In this document: one piece after another, positions 47,548 through 57,817 of the stretch
Numbering within the stretch: the first letter of the stretch is position 1
Layout of the letters: every line of letters begins with the position of its first letter
Source: an uncultured Clostridia bacterium
GTDB lineage: Bacteria; Bacillota; Clostridia; TANB77; CAG-508
Direction: 5' to 3'
Length of the DNA: 64,000 nucleotides
Assembly: GCA_949443285.1 (NCBI GenBank)
Contig: CASSLW010000001.1
Location: 137,093 to 201,092 of the forward strand
Notes under the pieces: generated by a model
The model's input: the letters and a program-made list of their open reading frames with translations, nothing else
Told to the model about the DNA's origin: nothing
The model's database searches: none
Position numbers and translations under genes: made by a program

Positions 47548-48576
47548 TTAATTACAAATTTTATAAATTAACTCCTGATATTGTTTGATTAATTTTTTAT
47601 AGCTATCTATTGATATATGTTCATTTACCTCATGTGCTGTTATTGGTCCAGTACCTAAAATAATTCTTTTAGAGCCTTTAATATGACTTGCTTCAGTCAT
47701 ATAATTTGCTGTTTTTATTTCACTTAAGAAGTCAATTTTATCTAAGAACGGATCTATCTCTTCTATAATATTTATATTTGCTTTATATTTTTGAGCTAAT
47801 TCTTCTATTTTACTTTTAATTATTTCTATATGTTTCTTCTTAGCTATACGAAAATCTATACTAATTTCACAATTAGCTGGAATTGAATTTTTAGCACTTC
47901 CACCTTTTATTATTCCTACATTCATTGTAGTATATGGAATTTCATAAGCATTCTCTTTATCATTCTTTATATTAATATTGTAAAATTCATTTAATTCATA
48001 TATAAAATTTACCGCGTTTAAGTTTGCACTTATTCCTTTATCCGGATTACTAGAGTGTGCTTTAATTCCTTTAAAATAAATTTCATATTCAAGTAATCCT
48101 TTTCCTCCAGTCAGTAATTCATTGTGAGTTGGTTCTCCAAAAATCATAAATTCAGGAAATTTTTCATTATTTTTTGTTAGCTCATAAATTCCACCAAATC
48201 CTATTTCTTCGTCATATGTAAAATAAAGTTTCATTCCATTATTTAGCTTGCTAAAATCAATTGTTGAAACAGCATCTAACATTGCAGAAATTCCACCTTT
48301 CATATCACATACTCCTAGTCCATATAAATCCCCATCTTTTATAGTTAATTCAAATGGATTTTTAAATTCTTCTATATATTCCACAGTATCTGTATGTCCT
48401 AAAAAACCTAACTTTGGATTTTCTCCAATCGACATTACTAAATTTTTTGTCTTGCTTTCTGTTTTAAATCCTAATTTTGTTAAATACCTTTCTATGTAAT
48501 TTATAATTTCCTTATTGCTCTTATCTTTGATTGTATTAAATTTTACTAAATCCTCTAAAATCTTAAATTCTTTCAT
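47548..48576 (-). CDS. M20-family metallopeptidase (ArgE/DapE-like deacylase)
   Basis: GHTDTV and GVCDMKGG metal-binding motifs. Confidence 0.7.
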   Translation of the reverse strand: MKEFKILEDLVKFNTIKDKSNKEIINYIERYLTKLGFKTESKTKNLVMSIGENPKLGFLGHTDTVEYIEEFKNPFELTIKDGDLYGLGVCDMKGGISAMLDAVSTIDFSKLNNGMKLYFTYDEEIGFGGIYELTKNNEKFPEFMIFGEPTHNELLTGGKGLLEYEIYFKGIKAHSSNPDKGISANLNAVNFIYELNEFYNINIKNDKENAYEIPYTTMNVGIIKGGSAKNSIPANCEISIDFRIAKKKHIEIIKSKIEELAQKYKANINIIEEIDPFLDKIDFLSEIKTANYMTEASHIKGSKRIILGTGPITAHEVNEHISIDSYKKLIKQYQELIYKICN

Positions 48577-48854
48577 TTTCTAATCCCCCATTTTCTTATA
48601 ATAGTTATAGCAAAGGAGCATTTCCCTATAGCATAAAAATAAGCCTTGCAAAAAAATCTTTAAGACTCCTTTGCAAGACTTATATATCTTACTTCGTGTA
48701 AACAATCACTTATTATTGATTGTCCTTTACCGCTTGGAACTTTTCGTTCCTAGATAAACTCTTAATTATGTTTTATATTTTAGCACACTATTTTATTCTT
48801 GTCAAACTGTTTTATTTCTTCTTTTGGCAAATGATTTTATTAACATAATCTTTT

Positions 48855-49262
48855 ATTTTCTATATCTTGACTAAATCTTAATACATATCCATTTGGATCT
48901 TGTACTAAAAATTCTTTACATCCCATTAAAATATCATCTTTTCTATACCAATGTTATTCCATATCTACAAATATTTTATAATTCACTTCTTTTAATTTTC
49001 TATATATATCATCTATGTTAGTTACATCTATTTGAAAATTAATTCCTACTCCAAGTGGATATTCTAGCTTTCCTGTTGACCATTTATTATCTTCTTTATT
49101 AATTTCCTGTATCATAAGTTGCACATTTTCAAGTTGCAAAAAGGCAAATTTATCTTCTTTTCTATCATACACTATATGAAATCCAATTAGTTCAATATAA
49201 AAATGTAGGCTATCATCTAGATTAAAAACATCAAATTCTGGCAATATTTGATTCCATTTCAT
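48855..49262 (-). pseudogene. VOC/glyoxalase family paralog interrupted by an in-frame TAA at 48954-48956
   Basis: Co-linear with 43488-43910. The copy-1 codon GAA (E103) is TAA here. The downstream frame still encodes HWYRKDDILMGCKEFLVQDPNGYVLRFSQDIENKRLC. Confidence 0.65.
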
Positions 49263-49281
49263 TACATTTTTCCCTTTTCAT

Positions 49282-50112
49282 TTATAAAACATTAGAATAT
49301 TTCTTCCAAATTTCCAAATACATATTTGTATCTTTCAAGTTATGCCTTACACATCGAATTATTCTGTCAAACAAAATAAGAATCGTCATTGCTTTAACTT
49401 TTTCAATGGGTTCCTTATTTAAATCGTTACATATTTGTTCTATTGTCACGTCTTTGCAAAACATTATGTCAGAAAAAATAAAAAATATGTAATCATATAT
49501 ACGGTCGCCTGATATAGGTTGCGGGTCAATAACTCCAATTAGTTCATTCTCCTTAAACAATAAATTATGAATACCTAAGTCTCCATGTAGTATTGTTTTT
49601 TCAAATTTATACTTATCTATTATTTTCAACGCTTTTTCTACTTTTAAATACTCTTCTTTTGGCATTAATTTAAAAGCCTCTTCTTTTCTCCAATTCATCT
49701 CAAACTCAAAGAATTCTTTCCATGTATCTTTTTCTTCAAATAAATATCCATAACCATTCCATTCACAATTTTTATATGAAAAAACGTAATCTTTCATTTT
49801 CTTCGTTAATTTTTTGACATTAATAGCAGTTTTGTCAATGTCATCATTTTCAATAAAATTATAAACAATAAAACTATAATTTTTATTGTCACATAATATT
49901 ATCTTTTCATTATATTGATTACTATTATTTTCAAAAAATACCTTTTCTCCTTTTATGGTTATAGTATTATTAAATTTAACAATATATCTTTTGTTTAGTA
50001 AGTATACATTACTATGCACACCCTTCGCCATTCTCTTATGTTCTAAATATGGTTCACCTACTTTTTCTAAGATGTTTTTTAATGCTCTTTTTTCTTCTTT
50101 TATTAGTCCCAT
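49282..50112 (-). CDS. Phosphotransferase-family kinase (APH-like)
   Basis: LHGDLGIHNLLF Brenner motif and a downstream IDPQ...D. Confidence 0.6.
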   Translation of the reverse strand: MGLIKEEKRALKNILEKVGEPYLEHKRMAKGVHSNVYLLNKRYIVKFNNTITIKGEKVFFENNSNQYNEKIILCDNKNYSFIVYNFIENDDIDKTAINVKKLTKKMKDYVFSYKNCEWNGYGYLFEEKDTWKEFFEFEMNWRKEEAFKLMPKEEYLKVEKALKIIDKYKFEKTILHGDLGIHNLLFKENELIGVIDPQPISGDRIYDYIFFIFSDIMFCKDVTIEQICNDLNKEPIEKVKAMTILILFDRIIRCVRHNLKDTNMYLEIWKKYSNVL

Positions 50113-50161
50113 TTCCTATACCTTCTTTATATTTTACTAATAGTCTTTTTCCATTTACTCT

Positions 50162-50995
50162 TTAGTTATTATTTTCAAATAATTCTTTAATATATAATTC
50201 TGTATTTCTAAGTTCATTATTTTTACCTTGTAATAAATTTTCAAAAAACATCACTATATAATCAAATGTAGGGTAAATTCCTTTTGGAATGTTTCCATAG
50301 TTACTTCTAACTAATGCATTTCTAAAATATAAACTTTTATCTTTAAACATATCATTATTAACATTAAATCCCATATTATTAAGATATTTTTCAATAAATA
50401 CTGCTGTAGTCCTAGTATTACCTTCTCCAAAAGGGTGTACTTGCCAAATGCTTGAAGTAAATTTTGCAATATGTTTGATTAATTCATCATTATTTAGTTT
50501 TGAATAATCAAAATCTTTTTCTTCTTTAAAATCATAGTCAAAATAACTTTCAATATCTTGATAATTTACATATTTAACAGTATCTCCATTTAATATGTCC
50601 TCTTTTTTGGTAATATTATAATTTCTATAGTTACCAGCAAAATTATAAATATCTTTGAATAAGTATTTATGAATATTCTTTAAAGTAATAGGACTGAAAC
50701 CAAAACTTTTATCTTCTAATAGTTGTGCTATTCTTAAAGATACTAAGTCACATTCTTTTTCTTTTTGAATGTTTATATTGTTAAGATTTTGTGTTTCATA
50801 ATATTCTTTTAACAAATTTTCTACTTCGTAATACTTTAGTTCTCCATTAATATTTTTTTGAGATAAGTCTAATAAATATTTAGAAGGCTCTAAATTATCA
50901 ACTTTATTTAACCCAATACCAGTATTCCAATATTCTTGTTTTTTTGTGGTATCAGTTATTTCATTTTCAATTATATAATTTTCTTCACTAGACAT
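50162..50995 (-). CDS. Fic/DOC-family protein (AMPylator-type)
   Basis: HPFGEGNTRTTAVFIEKYL is the Fic motif HxFx(D/E)GNxR. Confidence 0.7.
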   Translation of the reverse strand: MSSEENYIIENEITDTTKKQEYWNTGIGLNKVDNLEPSKYLLDLSQKNINGELKYYEVENLLKEYYETQNLNNINIQKEKECDLVSLRIAQLLEDKSFGFSPITLKNIHKYLFKDIYNFAGNYRNYNITKKEDILNGDTVKYVNYQDIESYFDYDFKEEKDFDYSKLNNDELIKHIAKFTSSIWQVHPFGEGNTRTTAVFIEKYLNNMGFNVNNDMFKDKSLYFRNALVRSNYGNIPKGIYPTFDYIVMFFENLLQGKNNELRNTELYIKELFENNN

Positions 50996-51133
50996 ATAAA
51001 AACCTCCTAAAATTTCTCTTTTTCATACCTTAATATTATACCATAAAATGCCTAAATTTACTATAGTTTTGCCTAAAATTTCCAATACTACCTACTACTC
51101 TTATTATATCTAATTTATCCCATTAATTTTTAT

Positions 51134-52132
51134 TTATGAAAAATATATTATCTCATTATTTGGAAAATACTTACTCATCAAATCTCTAAAAAAAGCTTCG
51201 CCTTCCTGCCTTACAAACTGATTATAAGTATATTTTCCCTTTCCTCTCACTGTCATTATTTCTTTATTATATAAATCTATAGAATTAGGAAAAGCTTCAC
51301 TATTTATCGCTTTATGAATATAACTATATGTCATAAATATGAACTCAAAAAACACTTTCTTTTTTGCTTTTTCAGTTAATAATTCATTAATCTCTTCAAA
51401 CAATTTCCCATATAATAATTTCCAATTATCTATCAAAATTATAGGCGCAACCAATATTCCTACTTCATAGTTAGCTTCCACCAATTTATTAATTGCTTCG
51501 ATCCTTTGTCTTAACCTTGACGTACCAAATTCAAATTTGTTTATTATTTCTTCGGGATTGATGCTCATTCTTATAATTATTTTCCCCTGATGATTAACAT
51601 TTAAAATTGAATCAACCATATCAAATTTAGTCGGAAATGTAAGTTTTCCTTTCTTTGAATTTCTAAAATTCTCTATTGTCCATACCAAATTATTTGTTAT
51701 AGTATTTTCTAATATTAAATCGCTGTTACTTCCAATTTCAAATACATAGTCTTCTTCTGCACTGTTTGCAGTTTTTATTATTTTGTTCAACATTTGCTCT
51801 CTGTTAACAAATAGCCTTAAGTAAGCACATTTATTATAGTTACATACTAAATAACAATACATGCACATAGCTGTACATCCCGAAGATGTGTATGGCACTA
51901 AAAAATTTGATATTTTATAATTAGGAACGTATTTATGCGTTTTTCTTGTTCCAATGATTAGATTTCTTTTCATTTTTGGAAATTCTGAATTCTCTTTTTT
52001 TCTCATTTCTTCAATGTTGTTGTGGTCATCAATTATCGTTTTAGGAACATCTTTGTATTTTTCTAATAATTCTTTTCCTAATTCATAGTTTTCAACTTCT
52101 TGCTCGTAATATATTTTTTCGGGTATAAACAT
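51134..52132 (-). CDS. splB: Spore photoproduct lyase-family radical SAM protein (SplB-like)
   Basis: CTAMCMYC (Cx3Cx2C) at an SplB-like position and overall SPL family similarity. 332 aa. Confidence 0.6.
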   Translation of the reverse strand: MFIPEKIYYEQEVENYELGKELLEKYKDVPKTIIDDHNNIEEMRKKENSEFPKMKRNLIIGTRKTHKYVPNYKISNFLVPYTSSGCTAMCMYCYLVCNYNKCAYLRLFVNREQMLNKIIKTANSAEEDYVFEIGSNSDLILENTITNNLVWTIENFRNSKKGKLTFPTKFDMVDSILNVNHQGKIIIRMSINPEEIINKFEFGTSRLRQRIEAINKLVEANYEVGILVAPIILIDNWKLLYGKLFEEINELLTEKAKKKVFFEFIFMTYSYIHKAINSEAFPNSIDLYNKEIMTVRGKGKYTYNQFVRQEGEAFFRDLMSKYFPNNEIIYFS

Positions 52133-52185
52133 TTAAATCACCTCTACAATTATCTTTTGTAAAAATGATTTATTTATACTATGTT

Positions 52186-52434
52186 TTATTTATCTTTAAC
52201 ACTTTTTATATTTTGTAATTCAAATCTATATTTTTGCTTTACATTTGGATATTTTTTGTGGTCAACTTCAGAAGCAAACATTTCATATGGTCTTATGTAT
52301 AGTCCTGTATCTCCATATAGTGCTCTATATACTACATATTTTTCTCTTGTTTCGCTGTGTATCGCAATGTCTTCTACTAAGTATAGATCTCCTTTAAAGT
52401 GTTTATAAATTGATTTAACTTTTATTTCGTTCAT
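52186..52434 (-). CDS. DUF1653 family protein
   Basis: [39 protein letters not shown] matches the DUF1653 signature. Confidence 0.55.
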   Translation of the reverse strand: MNEIKVKSIYKHFKGDLYLVEDIAIHSETREKYVVYRALYGDTGLYIRPYEMFASEVDHKKYPNVKQKYRFELQNIKSVKDK

Positions 52435-52454
52435 TTTTAATCTCCCTGTAATTT

Positions 52455-53552
52455 TTATTTTTCAAAAGTCTTAGCAACTTTTTCTAAATCTTCTCTTATA
52501 TGTAAATGCTGTGGACACACTATTTCACATTTACCACATTTAATACAATCCGAAGCCTTACCACAATCTTGTGTATGTACCCCATAATAAAAATCACTAT
52601 TCCAATCATTAAACTGCACCTTTGCATTATAACAGCCAAACAAATCTGGAATTGATATTTTCTTTGGACAACCTTCTACACAATATCTGCAAGCTGTACA
52701 AGGAATCCCTCCCAAATCATTTAATATATCCACAACTTTTTCTATTGCTTTATATTCTCTATCTTCAAGTGACTTAAACTGCTTCATATAGCTTATGTTA
52801 TCTTGCATTTGCTGTAAATCACTCATTCCTGATAACACTTCGGTCACTCCCTCAAATGACGCCGCAAAGCGAATTGCGTAACTTGCATAACTTAGTCCAT
52901 CTCCTAAATTATCAAAAACTTCTTTAGCGTCTTTGGGAAGGTTTACAAGTCCACCACCTTTTACAGGCTCCATTATTAATACTGGTTTATTGAACTTTCT
53001 ACAAACATTATATACTTGTTCACTTTGTACACTTGGGTTTTTAAAATCTATATAATTAAATTGTATTTGTACAATTTCTATTTCTGGATGTTCTGTTAAA
53101 ATTTTCTCAAGCGTTTCTGCTGTATCATGAAATGATATTCCTAAATGTTTGATTTTCCCTTCTTTTTTTAATTCATATGCTACTTCATAAGCTTTTGTGT
53201 TTTGGAAATGCATGTAGTTTTCCCTATCTTGCGAATGCATTAAATAGTAATCAAAATATTCTACACCTGTACATTCTAACTGTTTTTCAAAAAATGGTCT
53301 AATTTCTTCCTTTGTTTTAAAATATGTTCCTGTTAATTTGTTTGTAAGCACATAACTTTCTCGTGGATATCTTTTTACTAAACACTCTCTTATTGCAATT
53401 TCACTTTTTCCTTCTATGTATCCATGTGCTGTATCAAAGTAGTTAAATCCTTCGTTCATATATAAATCTATCATTTTATTAAATTCTTCGTAATCAACTT
53501 GTTTTTCTTTCATTGGCAGTCTCATACAACCAAACCCTAGCTTTTTTTCCAT
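52455..53552 (-). CDS. Aldo/keto reductase with a C-terminal 2x[4Fe-4S] ferredoxin domain
   Basis: AKR TIM-barrel N-terminus plus [12 protein letters not shown] and [12 protein letters not shown]. Confidence 0.7.
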   Translation of the reverse strand: MEKKLGFGCMRLPMKEKQVDYEEFNKMIDLYMNEGFNYFDTAHGYIEGKSEIAIRECLVKRYPRESYVLTNKLTGTYFKTKEEIRPFFEKQLECTGVEYFDYYLMHSQDRENYMHFQNTKAYEVAYELKKEGKIKHLGISFHDTAETLEKILTEHPEIEIVQIQFNYIDFKNPSVQSEQVYNVCRKFNKPVLIMEPVKGGGLVNLPKDAKEVFDNLGDGLSYASYAIRFAASFEGVTEVLSGMSDLQQMQDNISYMKQFKSLEDREYKAIEKVVDILNDLGGIPCTACRYCVEGCPKKISIPDLFGCYNAKVQFNDWNSDFYYGVHTQDCGKASDCIKCGKCEIVCPQHLHIREDLEKVAKTFEK

Positions 53553-53581
53553 TTCGTTTTTCCTTAAATAATTTTATTTCT

Positions 53582-55312
53582 TTATTGTTTCAACCTTAAA
53601 TATCCAAGTTCTTCCCAAACATTATAAGCAAGATTTAACCTAAACAACAACGTAGGCTTAGCACCAGCTCTATTTTTATCGACAACACAAGCATAATACC
53701 TAACATCAGGGTCATCATACTTCTTCAAATCAAAAAACTTAGTATCAACTTCATTTAAAGAATACTCATAATTTTGCAAAGTATCCCTATTAATCTGTTT
53801 AATCAAGCACAATGTATCTAAAACTTCTTTTACAGTTCTGCTTACAGCTAAATCATTTACGTTCAAGTTTACTGGTAAAGTATTACTCTCAGCTAACTGT
53901 AAAGTTGAGCATATAAACATATTAAAGTTCTGTGCTAAATTTGAAAGTATTGTAGCAGTCTTCTTCAATTCCTCACCAACACCAATATTAGCAGTATCAG
54001 TCTTCAACGTATCATAAAATACATACTCAATTTGCTCTTTGTAATAATAGTTCATTATTACTTTCTTTAGCTCATCATTTGTATGGTCTGTTATATTAAT
54101 AAAATAAATTGAATTTTTTATTTCTTTATTTGCCCAATTTGTTATTTCTATTGTCTCATTAAATTCTGTTGATTCTTCAGATAATCTTTTTACAAATTCT
54201 TTTTGAGTTTCTTTTTCTCTTCGCAAAATAAAACCATCTTCATCTACTTCTACATTTTTCTTATTATCTGGTCTAAACTTGAACTCTAAAAGTTCTCCTT
54301 CAGTTTTACTTATTTTATGCCCATGTAACTCTTGAATTGCCTTATTGTTTATTATTGTAGTAATCAAGCAAAGTCTCATTTTCTCTTCTGACATCTCGTT
54401 AGAAATAACAAGCACTTTTTTCTTATGTACTAAAGCTGTATGTGCAGCTAAATCTGTTGTAAACCTACTTTTACCAGCATTTGAAGGCATTGCATATGCC
54501 ATTGTTTCCCCTTTTCTTATTCCCTTAAACACATCTGTTAATGTTGGAAATGGCAATGGTAAACCATTTCTTAAATTATTATCACCTTTTTTTAGAAACT
54601 CTGTAAGGTCTTGGCTTAGTACTGCTCTTTTAAATTTCTCAGTATCATTTACTTGTATAACTGCATCTTCAACTTCTTCTACTGACATTTTATCATATAA
54701 TTTATAGTCAATTATTTCTATTACTTTGTCCTGGATACTTTGTATTGGAATAGCTAGATAACTTTTTCTTAATACAAATAACTTGCTAAGCTCTATATAC
54801 ACTTTTTCCATATTATAGTTTTCGTCACGCATTTCTCTTTTTAATTCACTTTTTAGCTTAAAAGATTGCTCTGTATCTTTTGCAAAATTATATCCTTTTT
54901 TTGCAGCCTCAGAGCTATACGCCCCACCTTCTGTAAATAAAATACTTTTGTATATATTTTCTAAATCTGCATCTTCAAAATAAAAATTTTCACGTAGGAA
55001 ATAAAATTTCACTATTAATTTAGGGTTTAAAAGTAATAAACCTATATACTCACGTTCTAGCTCTTTATTACTTAATTTCTTAGGATAAATTCCTACCATC
55101 TCTTCTTTTTTCTCATTAACTTTCGGAGCATTCAAAATCTCTTTTTCGTTCTCTTCCCTTTGATTAACTATTTCTTCAAGCTTTTTTAACGCTTCAATAT
55201 AATTTTTATTGGATATATATTCCTTTACTTCTTCAACAGCATCTATATTCCATTCATTTATTGGTATTTGATTTAAAAGCTCTTGTATCTTTTCTTTAGT
55301 CTCTTCATTCAT
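53582..55312 (-). CDS. DnaB-like helicase (RecA-fold C-domain) with atypical N- and C-terminal extensions
   Basis: AMPSNAGKSRFT Walker A, VLVISNEMS, and a DnaB-N-like EREYIGLLLLNP. 576 aa. No phage structural genes are nearby. Confidence 0.55.
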   Translation of the reverse strand: MNEETKEKIQELLNQIPINEWNIDAVEEVKEYISNKNYIEALKKLEEIVNQREENEKEILNAPKVNEKKEEMVGIYPKKLSNKELEREYIGLLLLNPKLIVKFYFLRENFYFEDADLENIYKSILFTEGGAYSSEAAKKGYNFAKDTEQSFKLKSELKREMRDENYNMEKVYIELSKLFVLRKSYLAIPIQSIQDKVIEIIDYKLYDKMSVEEVEDAVIQVNDTEKFKRAVLSQDLTEFLKKGDNNLRNGLPLPFPTLTDVFKGIRKGETMAYAMPSNAGKSRFTTDLAAHTALVHKKKVLVISNEMSEEKMRLCLITTIINNKAIQELHGHKISKTEGELLEFKFRPDNKKNVEVDEDGFILRREKETQKEFVKRLSEESTEFNETIEITNWANKEIKNSIYFINITDHTNDELKKVIMNYYYKEQIEYVFYDTLKTDTANIGVGEELKKTATILSNLAQNFNMFICSTLQLAESNTLPVNLNVNDLAVSRTVKEVLDTLCLIKQINRDTLQNYEYSLNEVDTKFFDLKKYDDPDVRYYACVVDKNRAGAKPTLLFRLNLAYNVWEELGYLRLKQ

Positions 55313-55407
55313 GTTCCAACTTCATCCCTTTCTTTTGCATTAATTATATACTTACAAATTATTTTTATCAATAGATTTTTTATAAAATTTGTGGTATGAT
55401 AGACTTA

Positions 55408-55500
55408 TGCCAATGGGGACGGACCTTTTTGGCAATAAATTGCCAATAGGGACGGTGCTTTCTGGCAATAAATTGCCAAAAAGGTCCGTCCCCAGTGGCA
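55408..55500. repeat. GC-rich palindromic intergenic element, copy C (GGACC subtype, duplicated inner module)
   Basis: TGCCAATGGGGACGGACC-TTTT-TGGCAATAAATTGCCA-ATAGGGACGGTGCTTTC-TGGCAATAAATTGCCA-AAAA-GGTCCGTCCCCAGTGGCA. It lies between a TG-TATGAT promoter-like motif and the rqcH start, so it is probably in the 5' UTR. Confidence 0.6.
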
Positions 55501-55518
55501 AAAAAGGAGAGATAAGAA

Positions 55519-57236
55519 TGGCATTTGATGGAATTGTTACAAAAGCTATTGCTTCTGAGCTGCAACAGCTTTCAGGGGCAAGGATTGATAAGATTTTTCA
55601 ACCTAATTCAAATAATGTAGTGTTAGGTTTTTATTTGGCTGGTACAAATTATGCGCTAAATATTTGTACTAATTCGCCTAATTATAGAGTTCATTTAACT
55701 ACGCATCCAAGACCTAATCCTAAGGTTGCACCTAATTTTTGTATGGTTCTACGTAAGCATTTGCTTGGCTTACATATAAAAAATATAATTACAAATAATT
55801 TGGAAAGGATTGTAACTATTGAGTTTGAAGGGTTCGATGATGTTGATGATGTTATTTGTAAAAAATTGATTGTTGAATTAATGGGAAAACATTGTAATGT
55901 TATTTTATTGGATGATGATAATACAATTATAGATAGTTTAAGGCACATAAATAATGAAAATACTTCACGTATTATTGTGCCACATATAAAATATACTTAT
56001 CCTCAACCTACAAAGCAAAACTTTTTAGAATGTGTTGATTTTAAAGATTTTGAAGACGCTATTTTATCAAGTGATGAAAATGATATTTCTACTGCTATTT
56101 CAAATACTTTTAATGGCATTAGTAAAAGTTATATTGATTTTATAATTAGCAAACTTCATACCAACAACCTAAAAGACATATATGATTATTTAGAGAAAAC
56201 AATTTCAAAAACAGAAGCTCAGACTTTAAATTTTAAACAATTTGAAAATGATTATTTTTTAGTTTCAGATAGTAATACTGATACTGATAATTTTGCTTTA
56301 AACTTTTTTATTGATGATTTTTATTATGAAAAAGAGGCCAGCGAAGATTTGAAATCATATAGAAATAGCATTTTAAAGCTAATTTTATCTACACTAAAAA
56401 AGTACAATAAAAGACTTCAAAATATAAATAAAAAATTAGAAGATTGTTCAGATATGGATAAATTCAAATTATATGGCGAATTAATTACTGCTAATTTATA
56501 TAGGATAAAAAATGAAAATTTAAATCAAATTGAATTAGAAAATTATTATGATAATAATAATCTAATAACAATAAAACTAGACCCTGCCTACACCCCAGCA
56601 ATTAACGCTAAAAGATTTTTCAAAAAATATAACAAACTAAAAAATGCACTTGAAATTGTTGGAATTCAAAAAGATGAAACTTTAAAGGAGTTAAATTACA
56701 TTGAAAGTATAGTTTATGAGTTAGAAGTTGCAACTAGTATTGAAGAAATCTCTGATATATACGAAGAGATTTCAGAAAATGTTATTTTTAAATCTCAAAC
56801 TGATAAATATAAAAAGAAAAAAACTACAAAAATAAAGAAGTCATCACTTACAAAAAACAAAGCTGTAAACTTCAATCCAATAAAATATACAATCGATGGC
56901 TATACTCTTTTAGTTGGTAGAAATAATAAAGAAAATGATTATTTAACTTTAAAATACGCTAGAAAAAATGACTTATGGTTCCATACAAAGGATATTCATG
57001 GAAGTCATGCAATTTTGGTTTTAAATAATGTTACTTCTTCCCCTTCTGATGAAGTTTTGACAAAATGTGCTGAAATTGCTGCCTTTCACAGTAAAGCTAG
57101 GTTGTCTTCTAATGTTCCTGTGGATTTTTGCGAAGTTCGCTTTGTTAAAAAGCCTAATGGCGCAAAACCTGGTATGGTTATTTATACAAATAATTCTACT
57201 TTGTATGTTTGTCCTAATGGGGACGTTTCCATTTAA
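55519..57236 (+). CDS. rqcH: Ribosome quality control factor RqcH (NFACT/FbpA family)
   Basis: MAFDGIVTKAIASELQQLSGARIDKIFQP NFACT-N signature and a C-terminal DUF814/NFACT-R. ATG at 55519. The upstream 43 codons of the track ORF are repeat-derived and were rejected. Confidence 0.75.
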
Positions 57237-57290
57237 GACAAAATGTCCAAAAAGAAACGTCCCAAATGGACATTTTGTCCAATTTGGGAC
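57213..57290. repeat. GC-rich palindromic element, copy D (GTTTCC subtype), overlapping the last 8 codons of rqcH
   Basis: CCTAATGGGGACGTTTCC-ATTTAA-GACAAAATGTC-CAAAAA-GAAACGTCCCAAATGGACATTTTGTCCA-ATTTGGGACAC. The left arm encodes ...PNGDVSI-stop. Confidence 0.6.
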
Positions 57291-57299
57291 ACATCTATT

Positions 57300-57767
57300 T
57301 TACCAGAATATTAACAATGTAAATATTGTTGCAACTATTATTTCACTCTTTGTCCATTCTTCTGGGATTAATTTTATTTCCTCTGTATCTTTGTGGTCAA
57401 CTATTGATACATTGTATGATGTTACTTCATTCAATTCAAAATATGCGCTAAACTCTTGAGTTGTTGTTGCTTGAGTAGTTGTAATTGGTATATATTTTGT
57501 TCCTACCAAAATATCTCTTTTTGAATAAAAGTCTATTCTTACATATTTTCCTGTTAGGTAATCATCACTGGTATTTGTAATTGTACCTCTCATTCTTCCG
57601 TTTACCAATGTTGCTTGGGCTACTTCCATTTGAACCTGTGTAGTTTCGTCTTTTCTCTTGATATTTTTATATGATGAGTTCAATCCTACATTTATTATAA
57701 ATTCTGAAAATATAAAAAATAGTATTAACCATATCGCATATTTCAAAAAAGTTCTCATTCTTTTCAT
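57300..57767 (-). CDS. Hypothetical membrane-anchored protein
   Basis: N-terminal TM segment (AIWLILFFIFSEFII). 155 aa. Confidence 0.4.
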   Translation of the reverse strand: MKRMRTFLKYAIWLILFFIFSEFIINVGLNSSYKNIKRKDETTQVQMEVAQATLVNGRMRGTITNTSDDYLTGKYVRIDFYSKRDILVGTKYIPITTTQATTTQEFSAYFELNEVTSYNVSIVDHKDTEEIKLIPEEWTKSEIIVATIFTLLIFW

Positions 57768-57817
57768 AATTTTTCTCCATTTCTTACTTCGATGTCTATA
57801 TTATACCAAATTTCTAG

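Noticed and set aside
49282-55312. Prophage spanning the Fic, SplB and DnaB-like genes
   Set aside because: No integrase, terminase, capsid, tail or lysis genes. The genes look like scattered accessory and repair functions.
55380-55565. Minus-strand 61-aa ORF and the 43-codon N-terminal extension of the rqcH ORF
   Set aside because: Both arise from reading through the palindromic repeat element C. The RqcH N-terminal signature starts at ATG 55519.
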